A model generated the notes under the pieces. The model worked only from the letters and a program-made list of their open reading frames with translations. It was not told the origin of the DNA and did not search any database. 64,000 nt of DNA from the human T2T-CHM13v2.0 reference genome, Homo sapiens. Location of the stretch: NCBI RefSeq assembly GCF_009914755.1, contig NC_060925.1; one strand, 5' to 3'. Shown piece after piece: positions 1 to 15,779 of the stretch (its first letter is position 1; each line of letters starts with the position of its first letter). The position numbers and the translations under genes were made by a program.

Positions 1-476
<476 letters not shown>

Positions 477-1158
477 GGATCTAGAGATTAAGTAACCTGC
501 CTGGGGTCAAACAGCTGAAGCTGGGATTTGAATCTCGGCAGTCTGGCCCCAAAGTCTGTGTGCTTAACCACTGAGGAAGATTGTCCTTGAAGCCATACTT
601 GTAAGTACATGATATACTGCCAACCCAAAGTCAGTAAGGACTGGTGTAAAGCGGACTGGATTAAGAATTAGAAGACCCAATTACCCGAGAAGGGGTACGA
701 GGAGCCTTCCGGGTACTGAAATGTTCAAAGCTGTTCACTGAAGATTTATGGGTTTGAATACTGTAGACAAGTTTAATCTTAATGAAAATCAGAAGGCTTG
801 GGTTTGTCCCAACGGTGGCCTATTTATTAGCTGTGTGACTATTAGCTTGTTAGGCCTTAGTTTTTTCATCTGCAAATCAGAACAATTAGAATGAAAGCCT
901 GCTTTCTTAGTTGATAAGGAAGTTGTACAAAGTTCTTTCTTTGTATAGCAGGTCCCATCCAGCTGTCTTGATCCTTTTTGCATCCCCTGATCAAAAACTC
1001 TCCACCAAACTCTCCCTCGCGGTACTCATAGCATATGTGGCTACTTCCATCCTTCCCTGGACCAGAAGCTCTTTGATTCCATCCAAACATCCAAGTCATC
1101 CAACTTTGTGCTCATGCAGAAGTGGCACTTGGTAGTTACATCCATCATTGGCATTAAC

Positions 1159-1350
1159 CAGTGCGTGCTGGAACCAGCTTGCCCCAGTCCATGAGAGCTG
1201 ATGGAGCTCACCTCTTCCCAACTCCACCCTCAATAACATTACATAGTAGGTTGAAATTGGCTGTGATGGAAATACTGAAAACTATGAAAATTGGCAAACA
1301 CTACAAATCAGGACTTCCCTTCTTGCCACCCCCCCAGCACAACACCCCTG
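1159..1350 (+). mobile_element. MER63-like hAT DNA transposon
   Basis: cagtgcgtgctggaacc...aaattggcaaacactacaaatcagg...cagcacaacacccctg. Confidence 0.7.
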
Positions 1351-1709
1351 CCATGAACCCAAAATGTTCCTCTCAAGTAGGCCCCAGGAGGTTTATAAGA
1401 GCTCTGGGACTACCAGTAGCTGGGGAGCTGTGGTCTGAGTGTAGCTGTTCTGAAACTTTAATGGGTGCAAAAGACATTCTCCATTCTCTAGCCCCTGTGG
1501 ACATTCCAAGCTCCCCCAGGCCTTGCCTGAAGAAACAGCTGAGTGGCAGTGGGACACAGGTGGCTGGACCCAGCTGAGGTAAGTTCTCCAAGAGTGGAAA
1601 TGAGGTAAGTTCTCCGACAGCGGAACTGACCACCCCAGCAAGTGGTGCTAAAACCTTGATGGCATCCCTACTTCAGGTCTCACCAAATTTATGCTCTACA
1701 TTTGGTGGG

Positions 1710-2018
<309 letters not shown>

Positions 2019-2188
2019 GGTGAGGTTTTTTTGTTTTTTTTTTTCTCCTCCTTCCTTTCTCTTCCTCTCTACATTCATTCAAGCACCAATTCCATGTATT
2101 TTCTCTGCCAGGCACTGGGAATAGATACAAGATGAACAAGATCCAGCCTCTGTCCTGAGGGAGATCTGTACCTAGCAGGGCAGACTGA

Positions 2189-2630
<442 letters not shown>

Positions 2631-3383
2631 CCCCTCTATTCTTTCTTTGTCTCTTCTCTATCTCTGGCCTGCCCTTGGCTGTCTGCATCCACGTGTGTCA
2701 AAGATATAGTAACTGGTAGGTACAGTATGACATTCTTATCGAAAAATTAGAAGGTATAGAAAAACATGGAGAAAATTTAAACAATCCCCTTTTCTACCTC
2801 CTGGTGCCATAACCACTGTTAACATTTTGATGCATATCTTTTCAGGCTTTTTCTTATGATAGTAAATATTCTTAACAATTTGTCTCTCCCTGAGGTTCAT
2901 GTCATCTTTCTTGTTTTCCACCTTGTTTTGGTAGAGTACATCTTTTTTGAGTTGCTTTTGAAAAAGAGCTAAGTTTCTTGAAAGTCTGAGTGTTTGAAAA
3001 TTTTGGCACGAACATTTTTGCAAATGTTTGCATGTCTTTATTGAGCCTCCATATCTGACAGTTTGACTGGAAATATAATTTCAGACTGTAAATAACATTC
3101 CCTCACATGTTGGAAGACACAGTTCCATGACCTATTTGCGTCTAGGGCTGCTGTTGAGAAGTCTGCTCTATCCTAAAGCCTGTCTTTTTCTTCCTGGCTT
3201 GTGGAATCTTCACTTTATACCTGACATTCTGAAATCTCAAAATGTTGTGTCTTTGTGAGGGTCTCTTCTTCATTAATTGTGCTGGGCACCTAATGGATCC
3301 TCGCCATCTGCAAAGTAATCATCTTCATTGAAGGAAACAACATATTTTAAGTCTCCAAGAACTTGTTCTCTGCATCTTCCTTA

Positions 3384-4200
<817 letters not shown>

Positions 4201-4399
4201 GGCCCCATGATCTTCTTTTGTGGGTATAATGTCGTCTCTCAACTCTCTGAGGATATAAATTGAGGTGGTGATGATGGTTTTTATTTTTTCTTTTGCTCCC
4301 TGCATAGTATTTCCTTTCTTCAAGTTTTTATTTATTGTTTATTTTGGCTTATGCTTTCTTAATATTAGACACCTCCCTTAAAATTCTAGTAAGCCTTAG

Positions 4400-4759
<360 letters not shown>

Positions 4760-5684
4760 TGAGAGGAAGGGGGTCTCCCAAATATCATCACTTGTCCAAC
4801 TACCAGTATTTTTAGACCCAGCTGGAAGAAATGACCAAAAGGCTTCCCCATTTGGCTTGGAAACTTTGAGCAAATGCTCACTTTTCCAACATACTGCCTC
4901 ATCTCTACTCATACTTGTACCCATATCCCCAAGTCAGCACTTTTTGGGTTCAGTCTCTTTGGAGAGCAAAGTTTTCTTCAGGATGCTCTAGGGTAAAGCA
5001 GGGACAGACATGGGGTGACATGGGGTGAGGAAGGGATCTGAGGTATCACTCTCCTGTTTCTGGCCCTACTCCATACCCTGTCTTCAGATGCCAACCATTT
5101 CTCAGCCTCTCTGTGGTTTTATAGCAGGAATCTGCCCATTTCTCATTGACTCCCCTCTTTGGGAGCCTCTGGGTTTTTCTTTCTCTATCAAGCCAAGTCA
5201 GTTACCTTCTCAAGTTCCAAAATTGTACTGACATTTCTTATTCGCTTTCATCTCCTCCCCTGCCCTTGTGGGCCTGCATCTTTTTTACTCCTTTACTTCT
5301 AGTGTGGTTTGGGGAGGCAGCACAAAGCACCAGAGATGTTAGTCCATCATGTTTAAACAGAAGTCCCTCCTTGCTACTGTCATTCAAAAGTGGCAGTCGC
5401 TGGTATTCTCCGTTTATCATAAGGTGGCTTCTGCCATTATGACCAACCTCAGTCTGACATGAAATAGTATGTAATGCTGACTTGCCAGTGCTGTGAGACC
5501 AGCAGGGGAACCTCCTGGCAAGCTGAGAGTTGGGTGACTTTGCCCTCAATAGCCATCCTCATTACATTTCTCAGTCATACTTTACTGCATTTTATGGGGG
5601 AAATTATGTGGTAGTCTCTAATCCACGGATTCATGAAGGGCTATGATGTATCCCTTGAGAATGTCAAGGGCCTACTGTACCTCT

Positions 5685-5729
5685 GTCACTATGGAAACTA
5701 GTTCCCTGGTAGCAATTAGGCTTAGCAAC
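5685..5729. promoter_or_regulatory. RFX X-box cluster
   Basis: GTCACTATGGAAAC, GTTCCCTGGTAGC and a CTTAGCAAC half-site within 45 bp. Confidence 0.5.
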
Positions 5730-5809
5730 ATCCACAATGGTGCAATGCACATGGATTCTGGCTCTGGTAATGGACAGGGAGCAGTCCCTGGAGACAGGGC
5801 CACACTTAC

Positions 5810-5999
5810 CCTAATGACAGTCTCCGGGGTCTTCATCCAGCCTGAGCACCCTGCATGGAGCCCGGCCTGAAGTGCTCCAGCTCAGAGGAGGAGGAGGGAG
5901 AGGGTAAGCCTGTTTGGCCCACTGAAATCTGGAATTATTCAAGTGCTCCTGGAATGGCTTTCCAAACCCAGCCTCCCAGGACATCTGTCTTACGGCCAC
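5810..5999 (-). other. Candidate cassette 5'-UTR exon within the first intron
   Basis: Minus-strand acceptor cctcattctcttag|G and donor AGG|GTAAGT; 190 nt, unique sequence. Confidence 0.35.
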
Positions 6000-6046
6000 C
6001 TAAGAGAATGAGGTTTAAGGTGGTCAACAGTTCATAATCTACCTTC

Positions 6047-6048
<2 letters not shown>

Positions 6049-6077
<29 letters not shown>
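6049..6077. repeat. (GT)n microsatellite
   Basis: Seen directly. Confidence 0.95.
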
Positions 6078-6936
6078 ATGGATAGTTCAAAAGTCACTTG
6101 TGTTTGGCTTTGAAATGCATTGTAGGATTTTTTTCCCCAGTGTATTTACTATGCAAATGAGTTACTATGTGTGAAGTGTTTAAAACAGCCTGGCTCATGG
6201 TAAGTGCCTTATAAGTGTTTGCTATTATTATTACTAAAACTGTATTTAGCTTGGATCCATATGAAAACAAATTTGCATTCCTGGACTCTTTGAAACTCAC
6301 TAAACTCAACAAAAAATAGTAGATAAGACAGAGACCCAGGGACTAAGAACTCCTGGCTCATTGACCCCTCTTTACATAATAGAGAATAAGCCATCATCCA
6401 GATATTTTGTTTATTGGTTTGCCCCATTCACTGGATTGGTGAACTCCCTGCCAGGCCCACTCCTTGACACTTTACCAAGAACCAATGAGTTGATGCCTGT
6501 AAAGGCATCTGTGAGCTGTCTCTTTCCAGAGGACCCTCAAGGCTGCTTCTTCCTGGTCCAGGGGGTGACAGCAGGCCAAGCTCCATACCCTTGGCTTGTT
6601 CACAGGACTCCTGCTCCTCTCCAGGTCTCCCGTCCACCCTCGTTTCTCCTTCCAGCTGTCCTTCCTCCTGTTTATAGATGTGTCTCCATCTCCCCTTGCC
6701 TTTTCTGTTGTCATCCCCATCATCTCACTTTCTTTCTTTTCCTCCTCTGGACTGGGAGTTCCTTAAGGGCAGGTCTTGTTTATCTTGTCAGTCTGAACAC
6801 CTAGAATGGGGCCTAGTAAATAGCAGATGTCCAAAATATTTTTTTCCTTTTTGGACTGATAAATCCTCTTTCTTTATTGCCTTGCTTCTGAGGTATCTGC
6901 CTTGTGTCCTCTACTTTCTCCCTTCTCCCCGCCTTA

Positions 6937-6990
6937 CACAGACACACACACACACACACACACACACTCTCTCTCTCTCTCTCTCTCTCA
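6937..6990. repeat. (CA)n(CT)n compound microsatellite
   Basis: Seen directly. Confidence 0.95.
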
Positions 6991-8283
6991 CTTCGTCTTA
7001 GAGCCTCTTGGGCTGCTCTTCTGCCTGGCTGTGCGTGTGAAGGAGGTGGTGTTTCCCATCCTTGGGAAAGCCCTTCTGACCTCAGTGGTGGCAGGGAGAG
7101 GCCTAAATAAGTTGCACAACTCAGAATGTCAGGATTGATACCTCCTGATGAGAAGCAGGCTTGTTCTGTGCAATTTCCATCTCATTTGTCTTTTCATTTG
7201 TAGCTTAAATTGGCCAATTTCATCTGGAATGTGCCTGGACTCTCTGGCAAGCCATATACTACAAATGAGTGTCCCAGTAGCTGTCTACAGAGGGACTGGC
7301 AGGGGAGTGGGCCCAGGTCCTCCACAGCAGCATTGGTGACGGCTCCTGGGCCTCTGGAAGCACTAATGCTTGGAGGATTGGGGCCGAATGTGATCTCCCC
7401 AAGGCCTGAGGAGGGGAGGATGGAGGAAACTGCAATGAGAGGGAGTTAGGGCTAGGTCCTGAAAAATCTGGTTGATTGATTGATTGATTAATTTTTTTCT
7501 CTCTCTCTATCAGAAGAGGGTAAGGTACATGGGATGGAAGAGGAGTTGTTTGTACTTTTAAGAGTGGGCAGAAGTGATACAATGTGGAGCAAAAGAATAC
7601 AAATACTCCATTCACATGAAATTCAAAAACAGGCTAAACTAGGTCTACGCTGCTAGAATGCTGAGTGTAAGAGAGCCTTTTAGGGGGCTAGAAATGTCCT
7701 ACATGTTGTTTTATATCTTGATTTGGGAGTGGTAATATGGGGATGTTGTATACCCCATATTCAAACTCAAGTTGCCCACATGATTTGTTTGCTTCACTAT
7801 ATGAGTTCTACCTCAATAAAAATGGGGGGAAAAGTCACACCAATGGTTTTCGAACTTTCCTGTACATAAGAATCCTGTGGGAGCTTATCTACAATGCAGA
7901 TTTCTGGCCAGCCTGGAATCTAGTTGATCTGAAGTGCTGTCGGGAATCTGCATCTGAGTGCCCCACACCCCCAAGGGTGATCTTGAGACAGGTGTTCCAC
8001 AGACCAGAAAAGACCACACAGGGGCTTGAACATCTGCCCAGTTAGATGGCCTAAGCGCCATCCTGCTGGGAGCCATGAGGGGCAGCTGGGTGGCTGAGGG
8101 CTCCCGGATGCCCTTGGCAGGGAGGGTTAGAGGTTGACTATGCTGCAGCATAGAGAAAGTACGGTGAGGACAGCAAAAGCGGTAGCAGGAAACGAGGGGC
8201 TGCTCTCTGGGCTAAGAAGGACCAGGACAGAGAGTGGATCTTCTCCTCAGGGATGAGAATCTCTCTGAGCAAAGAATGCTTTG

Positions 8284-8330
8284 CTGCACCCCTGCACCCC
8301 TGCACCCCTGCACCCTGGGCACCCTGCCCC
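8284..8330. repeat. (CTGCACCC)4 tandem repeat with degenerate tail
   Basis: Four perfect 8-mers at 8284-8315. Confidence 0.9.
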
Positions 8331-10269
8331 AGGATGGCTGGGCAAACCTCATGGAGTGGCTTTGGCACAGGAAGGGTAGCCACTGCAGAAAGCTGGACCC
8401 CAGCAGATGTGGAGTTTCATGGAATAGCCTGATCCCTCTGCAGGGTCTGGAGACTGACGTGATCAGTTCTGTATCTGTATCTTCAGCAGGCACCTTCTGT
8501 CCAACAGGAAGAAGGAACCCAAGACTGAAGACCCACAGCTAAAGGTGAAACCTTGGGGAGGGTGTAGACAACGTGGCACTTCCATAGACAAATGCCAGGA
8601 TAGTCTGAGCATTTGAAAATGTGGGCAAATGATGACTTGAGCTGTCCTTGACTTGAGGGCCTGGGAGAGATAGGATATAGTGAGGGGGAGCTACATACAG
8701 GGAGTGGGAAAAGGGGCAGGGGCATCTACCATATGCCAGACCCTTTACAAACACCATCCCATTTAATCCTCCAGTAATTCTCTGGCATAATTTACTTATG
8801 TCAACTTTACAGATGATGAAACTAAGACTAAGAGAAGTTCACCAACTTGTCCAAGGCCACAACTCACAGTGGAATCTGAACTCGGCTCCATATGACTCGA
8901 GTCCCACGATCTTTTCATGTTCCCTGCTACCTCTCCCTCTCAGCCTGCTACAGTGATGGGACATTTATGAACTTGCAAAATGCTTTCTCACAAATGATCT
9001 TATTTGATTTTCACAAACATGTGTGAGGCAGGTATAAGTTCTGTTCTATGGATGAACAATTGGTCTTCAGGTAAAGAACAACTTGTCCAAGGTCAAATAG
9101 CTGATAAGTATCTGGGAACTGGGACCTAAATACACATTTGATGAGTAACTTTGCCACAATATCTTATCTGGACACTTGAAAACATACTCCAGCCCTGTCA
9201 TAAACCCAGGAGAATTTGAAGATGTCCCTCCCTACTTACAGCCTGGTTTCATGATCACTAGAAACTTGTTTAACTAAACTCCTTTCTGTTCTCAGGATGG
9301 CTCAGGGGACTGAGCTGGAAAAAAAAAGGCCTCAGAAGGGAAATGGAGGCCCAGAAAGCTTTGGTGAGCAGCTCGAGATTACATAGGACATGGAGACCAG
9401 AACTCATGTTTCCTCAAATAGTTCATTTCCAGGGGGCTTTTAGGCTATTAATTCTATAATCTGCCCTCTGTCTGCCTCAGGGACTCTCCCCTCCAACCCC
9501 CATTTGGACCATGAACTGATGCCAATGGCACCAAGGAAGCATCAACTGATACTGGGCAGAAGGGCAGGGCAGTGGCCCCTGGGAGTCTTCATGGCTCCTC
9601 TGGCAGAAAGTACCTGGAGGCATCAGCTCATGGACCTGGAGCATATCAGCAAGGAACAGAGATAAACTGTACCGCATCACCACCCTGGCACTACTCATGA
9701 GAAACTTTCCCAACCATTATGCTTGGTTGACTTGGCCGGGAAGGAGTTAACACACAACATGTGAGGAGTACACTGAGTAGGGAGCTGTGTTCTTGGGTGA
9801 CCTGTGGGTATCTGGGCCCATTTAATGCACCAAGTCTTCAAATAGTGGCAGCCATCACAGGCTCTTCTGTCTGCTTGTGCATGCACATGGGGATCCTTCA
9901 CTTGGTGGCTTCTCCCCAAGCAAACGTTTTTAGCCCATCCTGGATTCTCCTCACTGCCCTCTCTACCCTGGGAAATGCAACCCACATTGTCCAAGTCAGA
10001 CCTAATTAGACCAGCAAATCAGTGGCACTCAAGTCATCACAGCACACTCCAAGCACAAGAGGAAATGCTGTGTAGGTTATCCTGTGCGCTGCTTGTTGTG
10101 TCTGTTTGTGTTTCCTTGGATTATCCATTCTCTGCTCCCTGCCTTCCATTACCTCACTAATGGAGAGGCAGGATGCAGTCCTCCACAGGCCAGCATTCAT
10201 CTTCCCAGTCTGACCCTCTCGGAGGCTATTACGCTGCTGTCGCAAGATCGACGAGGGGAGAAAAATGAA

Positions 10270-10397
10270 AACAGTGCACAGGGAACAATGGAGGGCAAAT
10301 GGGACTCTTTTAGAACCGGATCCACTGATACGTCAGGCCAAGGAGAAATGACCACAAGCTCTGAAAAGTGGAGAGCTCCCCCAGACGGCAAAGCCAG
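10270..10397 (+). ncRNA. Candidate exon of an intronic antisense lncRNA (5' end approximate)
   Basis: Consensus donor CAG|GTGAGT at 10397/10398, local CpG enrichment at 10220-10390, and downstream acceptors at 10694 (ttcctcctctgcag) and 11105 (tatttttgcag). Confidence 0.45.
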
Positions 10398-11699
10398 GTG
10401 AGTGGGCTTCCCCACTGGGCTGCCCACAGTAAGAGGCCAGGCTGGTGGGGATAGAAGGGTGTCTGTCTGCAGAAGGCTGGGCAGCCTAGGCCCCACAAAA
10501 TGAGAGGAAGGTTACTGAGGTCATTGCTGCCCCTGCCTCAGTTAAAAAATTAGAAATCCTCCCCACCCAGCTCTGTTTGTCTCCCCACAAAGCATTGCAG
10601 AAGAAAACACGGAAGCCGCCAGCACTATTATGCATTCATGATTCCAGCTTCAACCAGTCCTCTCTGCTGCAATCCCTTTATTCCTCCTCTGCAGCTGCCC
10701 CGGCACCTCTGCACAGTCCTTTTCTGAATCTGCCCCTCACCGTGCTCCCCACCTGCACCCCGTCCTCAGAACAGATTGCCTTGCTTGACCTCCTGAGGCC
10801 GACGGAGATGGTGATGTGACCTCCTTTGCCCTCCATCACTGTGCCTCCCACACCTCTGCGCAGCTCGTTCATTCTCTCTCCCTCCACTCTGACTTAAGGG
10901 AAGAGGAATTTTAAAACCAACCTCATCCCTTCCCACCTCCTCAGGAAACTCATTCCTTTGCTTACCCTCTCTCCACTTTTAAAAATAACGATATAAATGC
11001 CCCTTTCGCCTGTGATTCCTTCTGAGCACAGACCCTTCTTGCTTAAGCCCCTGTGAGTTAATTTTCAGTCTCACAGCTCTTCTCAATCCAACAGTATTTT
11101 TGCAGCTTTCAGCCTCAGGAAGCTCTTGATGGGCTCGTCTGCCACGCTACCAACTTCCTTCTTGGAAGTCCCTCCCCGTCTTCTGCGTCTGCCTTGTGCC
11201 CATTCTCCCTCTGGGGTCAGTCCTCTGCCGTCCGGCAGGCCCATCCTCCACTCCCCATTATGGTCCCTCTTTACAGCCTCATCTGGTCTCTCATTACACT
11301 CTGCAGTAGCCTGATGGTCAGCTCTTTAATCAAATCCCATTCAGTTCCCTAAAGTACCAAAGTTCCCCATGAGTCCCTAGAACAGTGTCCTAAATCAGAC
11401 ACGTCACCCTCTCTACCCCAATACTGGCCCCACTTCCTCACCGGTCTATCCTCCCCAGCAGTCCATTTCATCTTCCCAGGTGAGGTTCCATTCTCTTTAG
11501 GAAGATAATGCTTCAACTCCTCCTTTGAATTGCCCCTAACTTGGATCACAGATGGACGTGAAAGAAAAAAAAAGAAAAAAAATTTAAAAAGAATTGCCTC
11601 TAACAACAGAGTGATCATGCATTCCCGGGGGTCTCAGGGCGCAATCCCACATGGCTCGCCAAAAGGCCAAAACTTCTTTAAAGTCTCATTTTTCCTTTT

Positions 11700-11830
11700 T
11701 ATTTTTTTGGAGACAGGTTCTCCTCCTGTCACCCAGGCTGGTCTTGAACTCCTGGGCTCTAAGTGATCCTCCCACCTCCGCCTTCCAAAGTACTGGGGTT
11801 ACAGGTATGAGCACCCCCACAGCCAGCCCT
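11700..11830 (-). mobile_element. Alu monomer (FLAM-like)
   Basis: Single antisense left arm. Confidence 0.8.
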
Positions 11831-12929
11831 TAATTGCTTTAGGGGTGAGTCGACATCATTAGTAGTTGCTTGAGGTCAAGACCCACAGTTTTACCCTTTT
11901 TATCTGTCCCTCCTACTTGTGGCCCATGGTAAGGCCTTGATTGGCCAAAACCATGGGTTCCCCTTGACGCCACAGGGCACTCTCTGTGAAAGGCCCACCC
12001 TGGAGACCCCACTTATCTCCAATGTGTCCCTGGAGGCTGGGGTTGGCTCTCTTGTCACCTCACTTTTCAAAGGGACAGTGGGAGCTGCTCAAGCAAGCCC
12101 ATCTCCTGGGCGCTGTGCCCAGGACAGAGACTAGTCCAACTTGTGGTTCCTTTCCAATCACTTAATCACATTTGGCTCTTCACACCTGAGGTTAAGGACT
12201 TCCAACAGCTCCACAAATCCTCTGCAATTAAACCTCCTGAGGCCCCCACTGAGTGAAAATAACTCACTGCTTCCACAAGCAAAAACACCCCAGTAGACTT
12301 TTCAGCTTAGCATGGACACTTTCGGAACCCAACCAATTGTTTCTGCAGACTGCGTTGGCACAGCCTGACCCAGCACCTGCTGGGAGGGTGGTGGTACAGG
12401 AAGAAGCAGGAGTTGGAAGGGTTGCTTTGCATTTTGATAAAATGAGCAACCTGCAAATTCGATGCAAAATACTATGAAAAGATGGCATATATTAATTTGG
12501 AACCAAAAGCTCTGGGCATTTTAGGCAATAAAATGCCAGCCCTGTATGTGGTCATATTTACTGCCCCAATTTTCCTTTCCTGATATTCTAAGTAAAACGG
12601 AAAGTGTAAGATATTGAGAGGGACATATTCCTCTCCTGTGAATGTCTAGGCATAGGAATAAGTTGGTCATGATACAAGTTATGTAAATATAAATGCCATC
12701 TCATCCATATCCTCACTGGCAAACATTTATTGAGCACCTACTATGTGTAAAACACCATGCTAGGTGCTAAGTGAAGAGCATAAAGTACCCTCATTCAGTT
12801 GAGCTTGTACAATAAACGTTTGTTAGGTGCTTATTGCTAAACATTTATTAAGTGCCACTTGCTAGTCATGTGATCCTGGGCCAGTTAGCTTTCTCACTTG
12901 CAAAACGAGGTAATGCCAATGCCCTTCAG

Positions 12930-13770
<841 letters not shown>

Positions 13771-14517
13771 AAAACAACAATTTAAAAAATAGGGTGCAAA
13801 ACATACATCATATGGTTATTCTGAGGATTCAACGAGTTAATATAAAGCACTTAAATAGCATCTAGTACATAGTAAACCTTCAATATATGTTGTGATTTTA
13901 TTACTACTACATGCGGGACACTGGGAGTGCCCATATAAATAGCTCACAGTCTCTGTTTTTGAGGAGTTGCTAATCCAGCAGAAGAGAAAGACCCAGCAAA
14001 GAGAGACTTTTAATAGAATGTGCTGACTGTGCTCAGTTCATGGGAGGAGTTCTCAGGGCTTTAGGGAGGGTTTCCTGGAAAAGATGCCACTAGAGCTGAG
14101 TATTGAAGTCTGGTAAGAGTCAGCCAGAAGAGGAGACTATGAAGGGCACCCAGGCAGAAGGAACGGTCTGAGAAAAGCTCAGAGGTGTGAAGCCACGTGA
14201 GATGGCTGAGCAACTGGGGACAACTGCTTTAACTTGGGCATCTGGGAGGCAGTGAGGGCTGGAGGAAGAGGCTGGCAAAGTAGGCAGAAGCCACGCCAGG
14301 GAGGGTGTGCATGTCTCAAGAGCTCGCACGTTATCCTCCTGGAGTCTGCGGTGAGAAGCCACTGTCTTCCCTCAGCTTTGACCATCCTCGTTCCTCACTC
14401 TGTGGACTCTCTGGGCACTCCTGTTCCAGAGTACTCCATTCCTGGCGTGGAATGAATCCTCATAGACCTATGAAGATCTGAGAAAAGCAAGAGGCCAGTG
14501 CTGGCCCCACCAAGCTA

Positions 14518-15030
<513 letters not shown>

Positions 15031-15210
15031 TCACTGATCAGCCATGTGACTGTGGGCAAGCCACCACTCCTCTCTGGGCTGCAGTTTGCTTCACTGTGAA
15101 ACAGGCGATCATAATACACACCCCAGCTTCCTCATGGGTGTGGCTCTAAGGACAGAGAAAAAAATCGAACACGATAATATATGTGAAAGAGTTTTGTAGG
15201 TTGTAAATAG

Positions 15211-15537
<327 letters not shown>

Positions 15538-15779
15538 TAATGCTATTGTTCCTGAAAAATCTATTGGTGAGGAGGAGCCTACACTGGAAACTCAAAGTGA
15601 ATGACTTTTGAATCTTTGGTTGGGGAAAGACAGGGAAGGGAAGGGAGCAGGAGTATGGTCTTCTGGTCTACCAATGCCACACACAAGGAATAGCTTTCCT
15701 TTCGGACTTTTTCATGGATCCTTTTTGTATTTAAAGACCTCTCATGGATGAATTCACTATCCCAAGATTTTCTGAAGCC

